Below the pieces are notes generated by a model. The model was given only the letters and a program-made list of their open reading frames with translations. It had not been told where the DNA came from and searched no databases. 49,929 nucleotides of DNA, taken from Octopus bimaculoides (taxonomy: Eukaryota). Below are positions 24,701 to 39,125 of this stretch, in pieces (positions within the stretch are counted from its first letter, which is position 1; each line of letters starts with the position of its first letter). The stretch spans positions 31,961,430-32,011,358 of the forward strand of contig NC_068991.1 in the NCBI RefSeq assembly GCF_001194135.2, written 5' to 3'. A program made the position numbers and the translations under genes.

Positions 24701-27330
24701 NNNNNNNNNNNNNNNNNNNNNNNNNNGTCTGCAGAGAATATTTACTGCGTCGCATATATCCAGTATGAGAACTCGGTAAGGGTTAATATATTATTATTTA
24801 AAAAATGGCAAAAAATCATATATTAATTAATATCGATTAATTACCAGGAAGCTAGCACATTTAAAGAATCAAAGAGATTCAGAAACAGTATCTGCAATCT
24901 CAGGGGATTAAAGAACATTTTTATATATTTGAAAGCTGAATCTTGTCAGAAGTAGTTTAAGGTATACAAAATAGGAGCAATATACAAAATAGGGACAATT
25001 TATATATATGTATGTATATATATATATATATACAGGGTGCAGTTGGTAAATTGTTGTCATTTTATATTTCTAATTTCACGCATGCGCTTTGTTTGTTTTT
25101 GATTTTATTGACTACACAGTATAGTAGAGTCAGTTGGGCACCATCTGTGAAAGAAACAACACCACAATGCAATTCACTCTGCCAGAAATTTGGAAATGAC
25201 ATGCTGTACTGCTTGGCATTTGCGCTGGAAGCTCTAATACAAACATTTCAGAGTGTTTGGGTGCTAGGACATGTACTGAGAATGATAAAAATCAAACATC
25301 CTGTCAACATCATGGTGTTTGGAGTGATCACTAGTGATGGTAATGTTATACCTCCATTCATCTTCCCACAGGACCTCAGATTGAACATGGAGTCCTACAT
25401 CAAGTGCCTGGAGGAAGTAGTGCTGCCTTGGGTCAAAAGGGTGGCTGCTGGAAGACCCTAAGCAGGAAAACTCAGTCATGGCTGTCAGACAATTTCTGTG
25501 ACCACATCACCCCTAACATTTGGCCACCCAACTCCCCAGACTGCAGCCTCCTTGATTATTATGTGTTGGGCGCAGTTGAGTGAGAAACCAACAAAACAAC
25601 TTGTAACACCTGAGCTGAACTGAAGGCAAGGATTATGGCAGCATTCACCAACTTAAACAAGGAGACTGTCCAGAAGAGCTGCAGGAGATTCTGAAGTTGT
25701 CTGGAGATTGTGATTGAAGCCAATGGCAATTTTATTGAAAAGATTTAATCTTTAGTACTTCAAGATAATGTTATGTAATTTTGGTAAATATATCTGTTAA
25801 AATGAGATGTCAGTGTTATTTTCAGTTTTGGATGATTTAGACAATATATTCACTGCACCCTGTAAATTGTAAGAGAGAAAAAGTGTATGTGTGTGTGTAG
25901 TCTGTGATGATGTAGAGATTTAGCTATTTTAGATGCATTGTTGTTGTTTTAGGTTGGTAGAGGAAATGTTAAGTGGGGTGTTGTTAGATTGACAGAATTC
26001 CCTACAGATCACTTGTGTTTGAAGTTCACAACTCAAATATTGAATAAATCAGAGTAGATTTCATTGTTGTTGACAATATTATATCTTATGTTTCATTTTT
26101 GCTATTTTTATATTTTCTAGTTGATGGTGCCATCCACAAAGCAGCTGGTCCAGAATTGAAACGGAAATGTCGAACCTTAGATGGCTGTAAGACTGGAGAC
26201 ATTGTGAAAACAGAAGGTAAAGCTGAATGTTTTGTATTTTTTAAATAGTTCAACAGACAGGACATGCGAGATCATTATGTGGAACATCATATAATTAATA
26301 ACTTGCTTTTAGTTGTGCTGAGGCAAGAGACAGATTATATTACATCGTAATGATTAGTTTTGTATTAATTAAAGTAATTCTCTCTTACATTTAGAAGTTT
26401 CTTTTGTTGTTGTTGTGTCATCTGTAGCAAATGAGATTAATAACTGCTGGATAGTGCACAACCCTAATTGTAACTTCCTCATTATATGTATAACTGATTT
26501 ATATTTCATTGATGCACATTACTGAGAATTACAGGCACCCCAGCTATGACTATTCCCACTTTTTGAAATTGCATGTTATAAGGGTTGGTGTCAGAAGGAT
26601 TATCTGGCCACAAAACATCACCTCATAAAGTCCTGATCAACAAATGCCAGCATGGAAAAGATTATGGTGATATAGACACAACTACATTATTCAATATGTT
26701 AATGTTTGAGGAGAATTTGGACTGCTGTCTCTAGCTAGTCAGGCAATCTTTGAACAAGCAACTACATTGGAAGGGAGCATATCTCCAACAATATATTCAT
26801 ATCTCCAACAATATATTGCCATTAGGCATTTAAAGGGACTATATCTCTAACAGTACTGGCCATACTATAGCTTTACACACTTTGTTTGGTATCTTTTTAT
26901 AGCTGATGGAGAGGTTCATGTTTAGCTTCAGTTCACCCCTGATTAAAAACACCTACAGCTATGATCATTGTCTTCACAGTTCTTGATCATTTCTCTATTG
27001 TGTGAGTAATTATCCAGGATAATTTTAATGAGTAATTATCTAGGATAATTTCGCGGGTAATTATCAAGAAGAAATCATTTGCTCACCTTAACCAGTGATT
27101 GAAATCTGAGTGACAATTCTGTTTGCGTAGAAATTTAACCTTTATACAGTTGTGAAATTAGCAGTAACAAATTTTATGTTTTTATTGTATATTTTAATGG
27201 AGGTGCTCCAACATGGCTATAACCTACTAGAGGAACTAGTAAAGCAGTCAGATTTGTTTTACAGAGTATATATTTTTTATTTTATTTTATCTTACTTAAT
27301 TGTTCCTTACATTACACACATGCACATGCA

Positions 27331-27363
<33 letters not shown>

Positions 27364-28964
27364 CTATCTATCTGTCTATCTGTTTTCCTATCTCTGCAGG
27401 ATATTGCCTCCCAGCAAAGTGTAAGTTTACATTTTTTCACAAATTATGACAAAAACATTTAAAAAAAAATATAAGAATTAAATGAATCTGTTTTCTGAGA
27501 TTACTAACTAATGTACAACATTCACTCAATCATTATACATATTTCTCCACCATCTATCATTTCTTGGCCTCCACTCCCACAGTCACTTAATCATCAAAAG
27601 ACTAAGCTCTCTTTTGTGTATCTCTGTTTATATTGTGTAGAATATACCTTATGTATTTTAGTTAACACTGTATGCATAGATATGTGAATCCCTATCTTTG
27701 TAGTCCTAGTGTACCTAGGATTATATAGTCCTAGGTATACTGGGACTACAAAGTGTGGTCTTTTTTAAGATAGTTTGGTTATGACTTGAGGGAGATCTGT
27801 TTGCTATTTCTAGCTGTATGACCTGATGTATGTTCTCTGGTTGGCTTCTAGAAGAATTCTTTCATTGGTTTGTACAAATTTCTTTAAGCCACTAACTAGT
27901 TTGTAGTGATAAAGATCTATACAACTATAAATTGTTATTATTTAAAATGGTTTGACTTGCATTGAAATATTTTCTCATTGTCTAGACATAATCCACACAG
28001 TTGGTCCGATGGGAGAAAAAGCTGAAGAGTTGAGAAGTTGTTACCAGAAATCATTAAATTCTTTATTAAAAGATGAAAGAACAATTGTAATTATTGCTTT
28101 TATTTTATATTTCTTTATTTTTTATTTTGTTTTATTAATCAGTCTTAATTGCTTATGTTGCCACCTCTCAGCTGCAATGTCTAGCATGTTTTAAAGTGAA
28201 GCAATTATTACCTAAAGGAAAGTTTATTGTGATTACCCAGGAGCCAGAATGTTCTACCTGTAACATAAAACATTGTAAGCTTATCTATTTCCTAAAGATA
28301 ATATTAGGATTACACACATACATAACTTGCAATAATCTAGCACTTTTTACTACTAATGATGAGTCTAGAGTATAGGGAGATGAAAGTCTTATCAACAAAG
28401 CACAGCAGAAAAGAGTAAGTAGAATTATTGAGGCAATTCACAAGAATTGAGTTGATGTGTAAGTTTGTGCAAGACAATGTTAGAACAAAGATTGTTACAG
28501 TCTGTCCTAATGGTTTAGATGATGCTGAGTGTTAGAGACAAAGGGTGAATGAAGAAAATCTTTTGGTTCAACAAAGTAATAAAACTGGTTGTAACAGTGT
28601 GTTATTTAAAAGAAAATGCCACCTCAGGTAGCTGAGCTTATGCCCTCAGGCCAGGACAGAATACCAACATGAGCTTTAATATGGCCACCACTTAGAATGT
28701 GAGAGAACAAAAGGTGAACAGAAAGAAATAGATTTTGTATGGAGTAAGGCACAGATTTACTGATGCTGTGTGTTCAAAGAGTTCATCAGCTCCAGAACTC
28801 CAGATTTTTATGTTACCGGAATTAACAAACTTGTAACTCGTTGGCAAAAAGGTGTTGATTGTAATGGTACTTACTTTGATGAATAAAATTTCTGCATTGT
28901 TGAAATATATTGTGATAAATTTCATGTTTCAAAACGTTGCTTACTTTTTACTCAGCCTGATATC

Positions 28965-29002
<38 letters not shown>

Positions 29003-29988
29003 AAACAGACAAATCACAGATCCCTTCAGGGAGATGACCCTGCTTGATATGTAGAAAAGATGTCAAGAGAAACTCCGTAAGGTGTACCCAGTGCAAACTA
29101 TGGACATGTAAGTGGTGCAGCAGTATCACTGACTGACTAATGGAGAAAGTAGTCTTTACATGTGGCAAATGTATAGGTACATTAAACATCAGGACTGTAC
29201 AAAAAAATAGACTCCTTCATGTGCCAGGTGGGGTCCCTAGACGTAATAGACAGTTTCCATTACTTAGGGCATCAAGTTAGCTGTGGGGTGGTTGTTCTGA
29301 AAGCATAGCCACTAGAATAAGAATAGGCTGGGTGAAATTCAGAAAGTTACTATATCTGTTAGTAACAAAAGGCCTCTCCTTCAGGGTGAAAGATAGATTG
29401 TATGAGATCTGTATATGAACAGCTATGTTACATGGCAGTATCGAGAGAAGATTGGTGTGACCATGTAATGCATATGAATGACGACAGTTGCATCAAGAGG
29501 TGTTGATCTCTAATTGTAGAGGGAGCATGTGGAAGGAGTAGACCCAGAAAGATGTGGGATGAAGTGATGTAAAAGGCTGTACAGATGTTGGGACTGTGGG
29601 AGGGGATGATGATGGGACCAAGGCTCCTGGTAATTTGCTGTGATTGGCAAGGTAGTGATATAACTCTTGCTGTCAGATTTCAATGGTTTTTAGACATTAT
29701 GTTTTACTTCTCTGCATCCAGATCTGTGATTTTTGTCGTTCATTCAGAAATATGCTTACCAGAGCTGGTTTTACATTGATACTTGAAAGTTAATATGATT
29801 TTAGAGACTGTACTTCTCAAAACATTAAACAATTCAACAGTTTTTGTGACTGAAACTCCATCCAACAATTTATCTTGGAAATGTGATAGATAATACATTT
29901 TAATTTATTTAAATATAGATATCTACAAAAAAATGTAAAACAAATGGCTGTATTATGCAGTACAAGATATACATAATGCCTATGAATA

Positions 29989-30031
<43 letters not shown>

Positions 30032-30120
30032 TAACTAGAACAGTTTTGAATTTAGCATATTGCCAATAGAAAAGATAGTTAAATAAAAGTGGTATTTCCA
30101 TTTTGTCCAANNNNNNNNNN

Positions 30121-30194
<74 letters not shown>

Positions 30195-33100
30195 GTTTTT
30201 TCTATTAATCTCTCATAAACCTACTGATTCCCATCTGTATTTTTCAAGCCTTTTCTTCTTGCCTCCACCACAACCACTCTTTTTCTCTTAGATCTGGTTG
30301 GCCTTGAATGTTTGAGAATCTGGACAGATGCTGGTTCTGCTGGGCATACTTTTAGCAGAGAAAGATGGATAAAGTGATTGAGGCTGTCAGTGTGCAGTAG
30401 GAAATTTATGCTTAGACTGGTCTTGGAAAATACAACAGCAACTATTATCTCTGTCTGTGCTCTTCAGTCAGAACTGCCTGACTGAGGACAAATGAATCAG
30501 TTTTATGAGGCCCTTTTTCAGACTATGAATGACGATAACCTTATCTTTGTGATTGGTGACTCTAATAGACATGTTGGGCAGAATCCTAAGGGATTCTTTG
30601 GCATGTATGGAGGCTATGGATTTGGTCCACGAAATGAGGAAGGAACAAGGTTCTTGGGGGTTTGTGAGGAAAATGACATAACAATCGGCAATACTAATGT
30701 CAGGAAGTCATCTGATCACCTATCAATCTAGTGGGCACACAAACCAGATTGATTACATTCTCACCAGGTGGCAAAATCGACAGTTACTTGTAAATGCTAA
30801 GTCCTTCCTTGGTGGAGAATGTACTACCCAACATAGGTTAGTTGATAGTAACTCCAGACTTAGTGCAAGAAGGACTCAGAGATGCTAACCAGTCTGGAAA
30901 AGGAAGATATGGAAGCTTAAAGATCCATTGAACAGTCAGAGATTCAGAGAAGTCCTAACTGAAACATTTGATGAAGAGTGGGAGACGGACATATAATATA
31001 GAAGACAACTGGAACTTCTTACAGGATAGTCTACTGAAGGCTACAAATTAAATCTGTGGCTGGTGCAAAGTTCCAACCAGATTGAGGGTAAGATAGTGGT
31101 GAGACAGCTGAGAAAGGAGTTCTTATAGCTGAAACAGTAACAAGTTTAGAAAAGAAATTCCAGGTGTGGAAGCAAAACCTGAAATTAAGGCCTTAAAGTT
31201 GACTTACAAAAAAAAAGTGATGCAATGGAATCACTGGAAGGTTAACAGAGAAAGTAGACTTTGGGCAGGGACAATAAACACTGAGAACAAATAGGAAATA
31301 GATTTTCTCAAATGTCCAGGAGATATTTGAGAAAATCTGTCTGGTTGTAGAGAGTTTCTGTTTTGACCTAATTAGCATCGGAGGAGGATATTCTGAAAGT
31401 ATAGTTGCTAGAATACAAACTGGCTGGCGAAAGTTCAGGGACTAAGCTTTATTTCAAGGTAAAATTCAGATTGTATGGTGCTTGTGTATGAACAGTAATG
31501 CTATATGAGTGATTTCTGGGCCATGAATGCAGAGGGCATGTGAAGGTTAAAGAGAAATTAGGTTAGCATGCTCTGCTGGATGTGTCACACCTGTGTGTAT
31601 ATACAACAAAGTGTAAATGTGTTAAAAGAAAAATTGGGTATAACTAGCATTAGATGTAATGTGCAAAAGAGAAGACAGTGCTGTTATGGTGATATGATTG
31701 CATATGGATGAAGACAACTGCATGAAGTGCCAATTGCTAAATAAGAGTGGTACATGTGAAAGAGAGAGATGCAGTAAGATGTGGGATGTAATGAAGCCTG
31801 TCCATCTTGGCAAAAATTAGGCCCTAAAAGGCATAGCTTCAAAAAATATCTCCCACCCCCTTGCCAATCTACACCTGTCAAAATTACTAGCTACTCATCT
31901 TTGTAACATCCATCCTTCTGACTAAAGTACTATTGCTCAGCTGCTGTAATCTATATATATAAAAATGAGAATGTCTGTCTGTGTCTGTGTGTGTGTGTGT
32001 GTGAATCCCTAAAACTCGAGAACTACGCAACCAATTTCATTCAAATTTTACACATGCCTTACTTAGGGTTCCAGTTGTGTTTTAGTCAAAAAAAATTTTT
32101 AACTTCTTGCAGAGTTCGAGCACACGGCAACATAATATCTCCTCCACTATTTAAGTATTACGTGTCAAAAGTAAAACAAAAACACTCATGTCAAATACTT
32201 TCACAGAGAGAGAAAGAGAGAGAGAGAGAGAGATGTATATGTATACATATACATGTATATGTACACCATTTCGATACTGTAATGATAGATACTTTCAGAG
32301 AGAGAGAGAGAGAGAGAGAGAGATGTATATGTNNNNNNNNNNNNNNNNNNNNNNNNNNNNNNNNNNNNNNNNNNNNNNNNNNNNNNNNNNNNNNNNNNNN
32401 NNNNNNNNNNNNNNNNNNNNNNNNNNNNNNNNNNNNNNNNNNNNNNNNNNNNNNNNNNNNNNNNNNNNNNNNNNNNNNNNNNNNNNNNNNNNNNNNNNNN
32501 NNNNNNNNNNNNNNNNNNNNNNNNNNNNNNNNNNNNNNNNNNNNNNNNNNNNNNNNNNNNNNNNNNNNNNNNNNNNNNNNNNNNNNNNNNNNNNNNNNNN
32601 NNNNNNNNNNNNNNNNNNNNNNNNNNNNNNNNNNNNNNNNNNNNNNNNNNNNNNNNNNNNNNNNNNNNNNNNNNNNNNNNNNNNNNNNNNNNNNNNNNNN
32701 NNNNNNNNNNNNNNNNNNNNNNNNNNNNNNNNNNNNNNNNNNNNNNNNNNNNNNNNNNNNNNNNNNNNNNNNNNNNNNNNNNNNNNNNNNNNNNNNNNNN
32801 NNNNNNNNNNNNNNNNNNNNNNNNNNNNNNNNNNNNNNNNNNNNNNNNNNNNNNNNNNNNNNNNNNNNNNNNNNNNNNNNNNNNNNNNNNNNNNNNNNNN
32901 NNNNNNNNNNNNNNNNNNNNNNNNNNNNNNNNNNNNNNNNNNNNNNNNNNNNNNNCAGGGTCAAACACTGTCTGTAGCTGGTCTTCTCTTGGAAGAGCCC
33001 TGCTTCTCACATGGACAACTGTATGTTGGCTGCTCAAGAGTGGGCAGCAAAAAAAACCTATTTGTATATGCTCCACAAGGGAAAACAAGGAACATTGTTT

Positions 33101-33898
33101 ACAATGAGGTGTTATAATCACAACAGCAAGAAAGTATGTACATGATCACCTTCATTTACGAAACTTCATTGACTTTCATATATTTATATTGATATACATA
33201 TATATACGTGTGTTTGGGTGCGTGTGTGTATATACATCTCTATATATAAAGATGATGCGTAGTCTAGACGGCGTTTTTAGATTTCATTATTTTCTTTAAC
33301 CCGGGCAACGCCGGGTATTTCTGCTAGTTATATATATGAGAGCAGAACCACACATATTCTTTCTTCACTTTTATGCTTCTAGTAATCCTTCTTGGAGCCA
33401 TTTCCCTTGCCACCCATCTTATATTTCCAACATCATCTCTTATCACTATATGTCCACTGAATGCCCATTTCACCCAAACACCCTCTCATCTCTGTCGTCA
33501 ATGCCCCTTTTTGTAACTCACTATACTGACCTCTGTCTTCCCTACTCATCACCTTACCCCATCTATCCACCCACCTGTCCTCGGTTCTCTGTCCCCTATC
33601 TTCTTTCTGTCGACATCCTTGTACTTATCTCCACCATCATTCTCCCTTTCCTGCTTGAGAAGCCATGTATCTCAACAGCAGGGCACCTGTTCCAGTCTCT
33701 CTTTCTCACTTTAGCCTTTCTAAACTTGGCACAAAGATACCTTCCCCAATACTGCACTTCCGCTCTGTAAAAGGTAAACATCATAGTAGTCCCAACAACA
33801 GAGGGAGAAGCAGCTTGTCAAATTTTACCTTCCCCTCAAAGCAACATAGAGATTTCAATCCAGCAGCCCTTCTGTAAGCTTTGCTGTGTGTGTGTGTG

Positions 33899-33934
<36 letters not shown>

Positions 33935-36900
33935 TGAGTGAGTGAGTGAGTGAGTGAGTGAGAATGGGGAGAGAACATTGCAAACAATGAATGAAATAAA
34001 CATGAAATGAAAAAATCGTATAAATAAGAAGGCATTACTACAGATGTATATGCCCCCGAATTTGTTGCCTCATAACATCCAGAAAAATGGATATTTCCTA
34101 ACAAAATTTTCTACAAATACTGCTTAGATGTTGTGGCTTCAGAGTATATAGGGATTTATGGGGAATAATTTTTTCGAGGGGGTGGAGAGAGGAGTTTTGG
34201 GAAATTCACATGATCTGGCTTTGTTCCCTCATAACTTTCAGGAAGATGGGTATCTTTTAATGAAAATTTATACAAATCCCTTTCAAATGGCATAGATTAC
34301 AATTATAAAGGAATTTGTAGGGAAAATTTTTTCAGTGATTNNNNNNNNNNTTGTTCCCTCATAACTTTCAGGAAGATGGGTATCTTTTAATGAAAATTTA
34401 TACAAATCCCTTTCAAATGGCATAGATTACAATTATAAAGGAATTTGTAGGGAAAATTTTTTCAGTGATTTTCCTTTTTTTTTTAAACCACAGCCTTCAA
34501 AAGGATGGGGCAGGTGGGGGGTGCATCTTTGTATGAAAAAGTTTTGTAAACTCTTTTCTTTTTCTATACCCCCTGCATCATCATTCTACTCCAGACTTAT
34601 TTTGGCCAATTATTTTTGCACTTTAAAACCATATGAAGAGCATTTTTGGTAAAAAAAATTTTTTAAATTGTTAATATTTTCAGAGGGAAAAGTGAGTGAT
34701 TTAAGGACGATTTGGCTGTTGTTTCTAGCATATCCAAAGACAACCCTCCTTGTTTCTTTATCATTCTCGCATGTATTGATGCTTTTCAATATTTTACTTC
34801 CCATAAATACATTTATATTCAATAAAAAAGAAAATTTGAGAAATTATGAATTTTTTGCAACCTCAGTCCCTGCCCGCAATTGTTTCTGTTTAGAAATTAA
34901 AATAATGAAGAGCCTGAGAAGGTCATTGCTGGTATTTATCCACAGTGATTAAAAAAAATTGCAGAGATGCACTTGCATAGCAAGTGACTTGATCTGAGAT
35001 TGTGTGCTAAAACAAAAACAGTTGCAGTGTAGATGTTTATAAGCCATTCAAGAACACACAGAAACCGTTAGTTTCATGGCATTACTTAAATACAGAGGTC
35101 CCGATGCATCTACGTAACGATATGAAGGGGAGGTTTAGGGTTAAGGTTAGAGCTAGTTTTAGGGTTAGGTGTCATTGCACGTCCACACTGTGTACATTTA
35201 AAATGTTTTGTACGTAACACTTGTATTTAAGCAGTACTGTTAAGCGACCTCTGTATTTAAGTGGTACCAGTTTCATGTCAACATTAAAATTTAATTTCTG
35301 TCAAAATGTTTTCTTTGCTTTGAAGCTGTGACCTGTTCACTGACAAAACTTTGCAAAAGTAACCCAGCACACATTTATGCACACATTTATTGCCTTTCAT
35401 TTATGTGTATGTGTATCTATGTGTGTGCGCGAGTGTGTCACTGTTGAAGTCTCTCGTGCAACTTGTTTGTGTATATATTGGCTTAGTGGTACAGAGTGTT
35501 TGGAAACTGTGAAAAAGGTACAAGTTTCAAGGACTTGTCGGTAATTTTTTTTTTCTCTCCTTGTCTTCTAATAGTGATTAACCAACTTTCTAGGCTCTTC
35601 TTACAGCTCTGTACTGCATTCTAAAATTGTACAGGTATTTTAACAATTTTCATTCAATAAATAAAAAATTATGTATACATTAATAGAATAATAAGTTATG
35701 TATGCATTAATAGAATAAACTGTCGGATTTCCAAATCGCGAATGAAAACTTAAAAGAGAAAGTGAGAGACTTTGCAAATGAGAATGGAATACTCTGCAGT
35801 CAATGCAATGAATATTTAAATTTGTGAATTGGACGCAGTGAATGCAATGAATATTTAAATTTGCGAGAAATTGGAGTTAAAAAAATTCAAGAAACTTGAG
35901 AAATTGAAATTATAGGAAATTTCTTAGAACATGAATTTATAAAAATATTTCCAGATGGTCAACTTTTTTAATAATTGCTTTCTTTTAGTAACTGTTACAT
36001 ACCTAATTAATAAGCAGCTTTGTCCATTATAATATCGATATATTTTAATATTTTTGCAGGAGTTGATGGGTCTCAGAAAGTCTCATCACTTAATGCTCAG
36101 CATCATTCTCTTTTGTCAATCCAGAAAGAAAAAAAAAAAGGCAACATGTTACTGGAAGGATTTGAATTCAGGTCATATATAAATAAGACTAAATTCTGAA
36201 ATGCATCATGCACACAGCTTTAGTGTATCTGTTATACATTGCTCGGGACCAGAGGCAGAAATAGGGACCAGCTCCTTTGAAATGTTACTTTGTAATAAAT
36301 TGCTGTCTGTCCAGTAGTAAATGTATCTCTACTTCACTCTATGAAACTAAAGCTAAGTGGTAACGTTCTGGAATCTCTGCCATATTATTAAAATATATTT
36401 CTTCTATAAGGATTTTTGAGAAGTAATACTTGAGGTGTCATTTACTGCTAATGCAGTTGTTTGCAGAATAGATTTGAGTTGTATTATAACTGATGAGACA
36501 TATATCATACAGATAGACCAAGCAGTAGTATCAAAGTAAATTAAGAACTTTCAAATTGGCTTTGTGATCTTTACTAGCTTATTTTTCTTGGATATTTAAC
36601 TGCTATTGGAAAGACTTGTAAAATGTAAAGTATTATTTAACAGAGAACCAAAATGTCTAAAAATGTTAAAAAAACAAACAATGAACAGAACTTTTTTCCC
36701 ACTCATACCTTATACAAAAAAAAGCATTTCAATTTCTGTTCATATATTTTTATAACTTCTATCTTTATTTGATATCTTTTATCTTCTACATGTTTGACAT
36801 TAGACTATGGCCATGCTGGGGCACCATCTTGAAGAATTTTTAGTTGAATAAATCAACCCTGGTACTTAATTTTTTTTTGCTAAGCCTGGTACTTAAGCCA

Positions 36901-39075
36901 TTGGTCTATTTTGCTGAACTACTGAGTTGGAGACGTAAACACACCAACACCAGTTGTCAAGTGGTGGTGGGGGACAAACACACGACAGGCTTCTTTCAGT
37001 TTCCATCTACCAAATCCACTTACAAGGCTTTGGTTGGACTGAGACTATTAGAAGACACTTGCCCAAGGTACCACACAATGGCAGTGGAACTGAACCTGGA
37101 GCCATGTGGTTGGGAAGCAAGCCTCTTAACACACAACTGCATCTTTTTTATTCATTCTTTTTAATTTTCTCATTTTACATTATTTTTTTCAATTCTGTTT
37201 ACAATTCCTAATTTCCTTGGGTCAGTCCCTTCTTCCCACTTACAAATGAAACCTCTTGCAGTCTAGTACTGTCAAGTAGATTTGAAGCTATTTTAAAACT
37301 GCATGTCTCTTCATTAATATATTCCTGATATTTACTTCAGGAGTTCTGAGTTTGTTATATTTGGTTCCTATTGAGTACTAAAGAATATAAGTTTTAATGA
37401 TAGATTTCACCAGTTTATTTTAAATGCAATTAACTTTCTAATTAATAATATGTTGAGTAATTAATCTTTAATTCATAATGGATACTTAGGGGCTAAGAAA
37501 AACCTATTGACTTTTATCCAGTACATAAAACTTTATAGAAGGAATTACTTAATTGGAGTTTGAGAAATGTTCTGTTAATTCTGTTCATGTCTGTGATGTT
37601 TAGTTGTTAAATCAACCTTGCATAATTGTTAAAACATTTTTTTACCTGTGGAATTCATAAGTTGATTCAACTAATTTGTTTTGAAGCTTTTTTATTAAGT
37701 GTTGTTTTTCTACTGAATAAATATTGACATAGAACAAAGAGCTGCTGCTTTTTTTTTTTTTTTTTGTAGAAGTTGGATTTTCCCAATTGTATTAGGGATT
37801 TGTAAAGAGTAAATTGACTTGTTCCTGATGCTGTAAAGATCTGTGAATCTTCCTCAAATTTTTGGTTTAGACTACATCCATACTTTGGAGGAATATTTCT
37901 CGAGGAAATTGAAATGAAATCTGGCAAAAGGAAATGTAACAATGGTTCACCCATGTTCTTCATTCAGTACATAGGCCAACTGTACACTTGTCTCTCCTTC
38001 CAGTTTATTCTCTGTTCAGTTCTGCAAAAACTTTCATTGCTAATATTTTTTTTCATTTAGTTTTAAATAATTTAATAGTGCCATTGAATAATCCAGTTTT
38101 CTATTTATCAAATATATGCTTCTAGGAAATCAACATTTTCTCAATAAAACACTTGTAAATTGTTACATCATAACTGGTCTACTGAAAGGGCTCTGATTCA
38201 CTATAGACAAATTTTATTATTGATCTGACCCAAGTCCTACAACACATTCTACTTACAATTGTATGAACAACCATTTATTGATTTTTGCTATTCTTCCATC
38301 AAAATTGACCAGTATTTTCTCTCATTCCATTTAAGTTTACATAAGTACTCTGTAAAATAATAATTGTCTTCAGATTCATCTTTTAGATTTAATTCATATT
38401 TAGGAATTCAAGTATACTGAAAATTTTGACACTTACCTATCAAATCAACATTAATATTGTATGTCATCATAACAGCAAACTGGCTTGGGTGCTTTACAAT
38501 TCTGATGGAAAGCATTCCTATAGTCAACATCAGTCTTCTTTCCCGATGTGTTCTTTCCCGATGTGTTCTTTCCCTTAAAATTAGCCTTGTATCTAGTAAA
38601 AACAAATTTCCATTTCCTAATAGCCAGTAACAATAAGCAACGCCCACTGGTGCTGGTGTCACATAAAAATCCCCAGTACACTCTAAAGTAGTTGATGTTA
38701 GGTAGGGCATTCAGATGTAGAAACCATGCCAGAGCAGATAAATGGAGCCTGGTGTAGCTCTCTGGCTTGCCAGCTCCTGTCAAACCATCCAACCCATACC
38801 AGCATGGAAGACAGACATTAAATGACGATGATGAATCTTTATTATATGAGGATCACTCCTGTTATGTTAAAATCCTCCTTTGGTTGAAAACTCTATGTTT
38901 AAAATGGTAACTTCTGTGAAAGTTAGGACACCATAAGGCTGACCTTGTTTATGCTGGAAAGAGAGATAGAAATGTAGGTGATGTGTATAGTAAGTTTGTG
39001 TTGAAAGATTCTGCACAACTCAGATGCTGTATTTTCAAGATTGTCTTCATATGCGTGCGCACACATGCACACACA

Positions 39076-39125
<50 letters not shown>

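Noticed and set aside
27004-27065. 26-bp tandem unit containing the palindrome aattatcc/taggataatt, and other short two-copy tandems (13117, 26780, 35790, 38538)
   Set aside because: Ordinary slippage duplications in AT-rich intron DNA with no further evidence of function.
34221-34470. Exact 120-bp tandem duplication (34221-34340 and 34351-34470)
   Set aside because: The two identical copies sit on either side of a 10-N gap, typical of an unmerged contig overlap.
36060-36120. Strong acceptor-like site (tttttgcag) in the 11-kb intron
   Set aside because: The MacroD sequence RTI-AFPC is already continuous without it, and no matching donor or homology was found.
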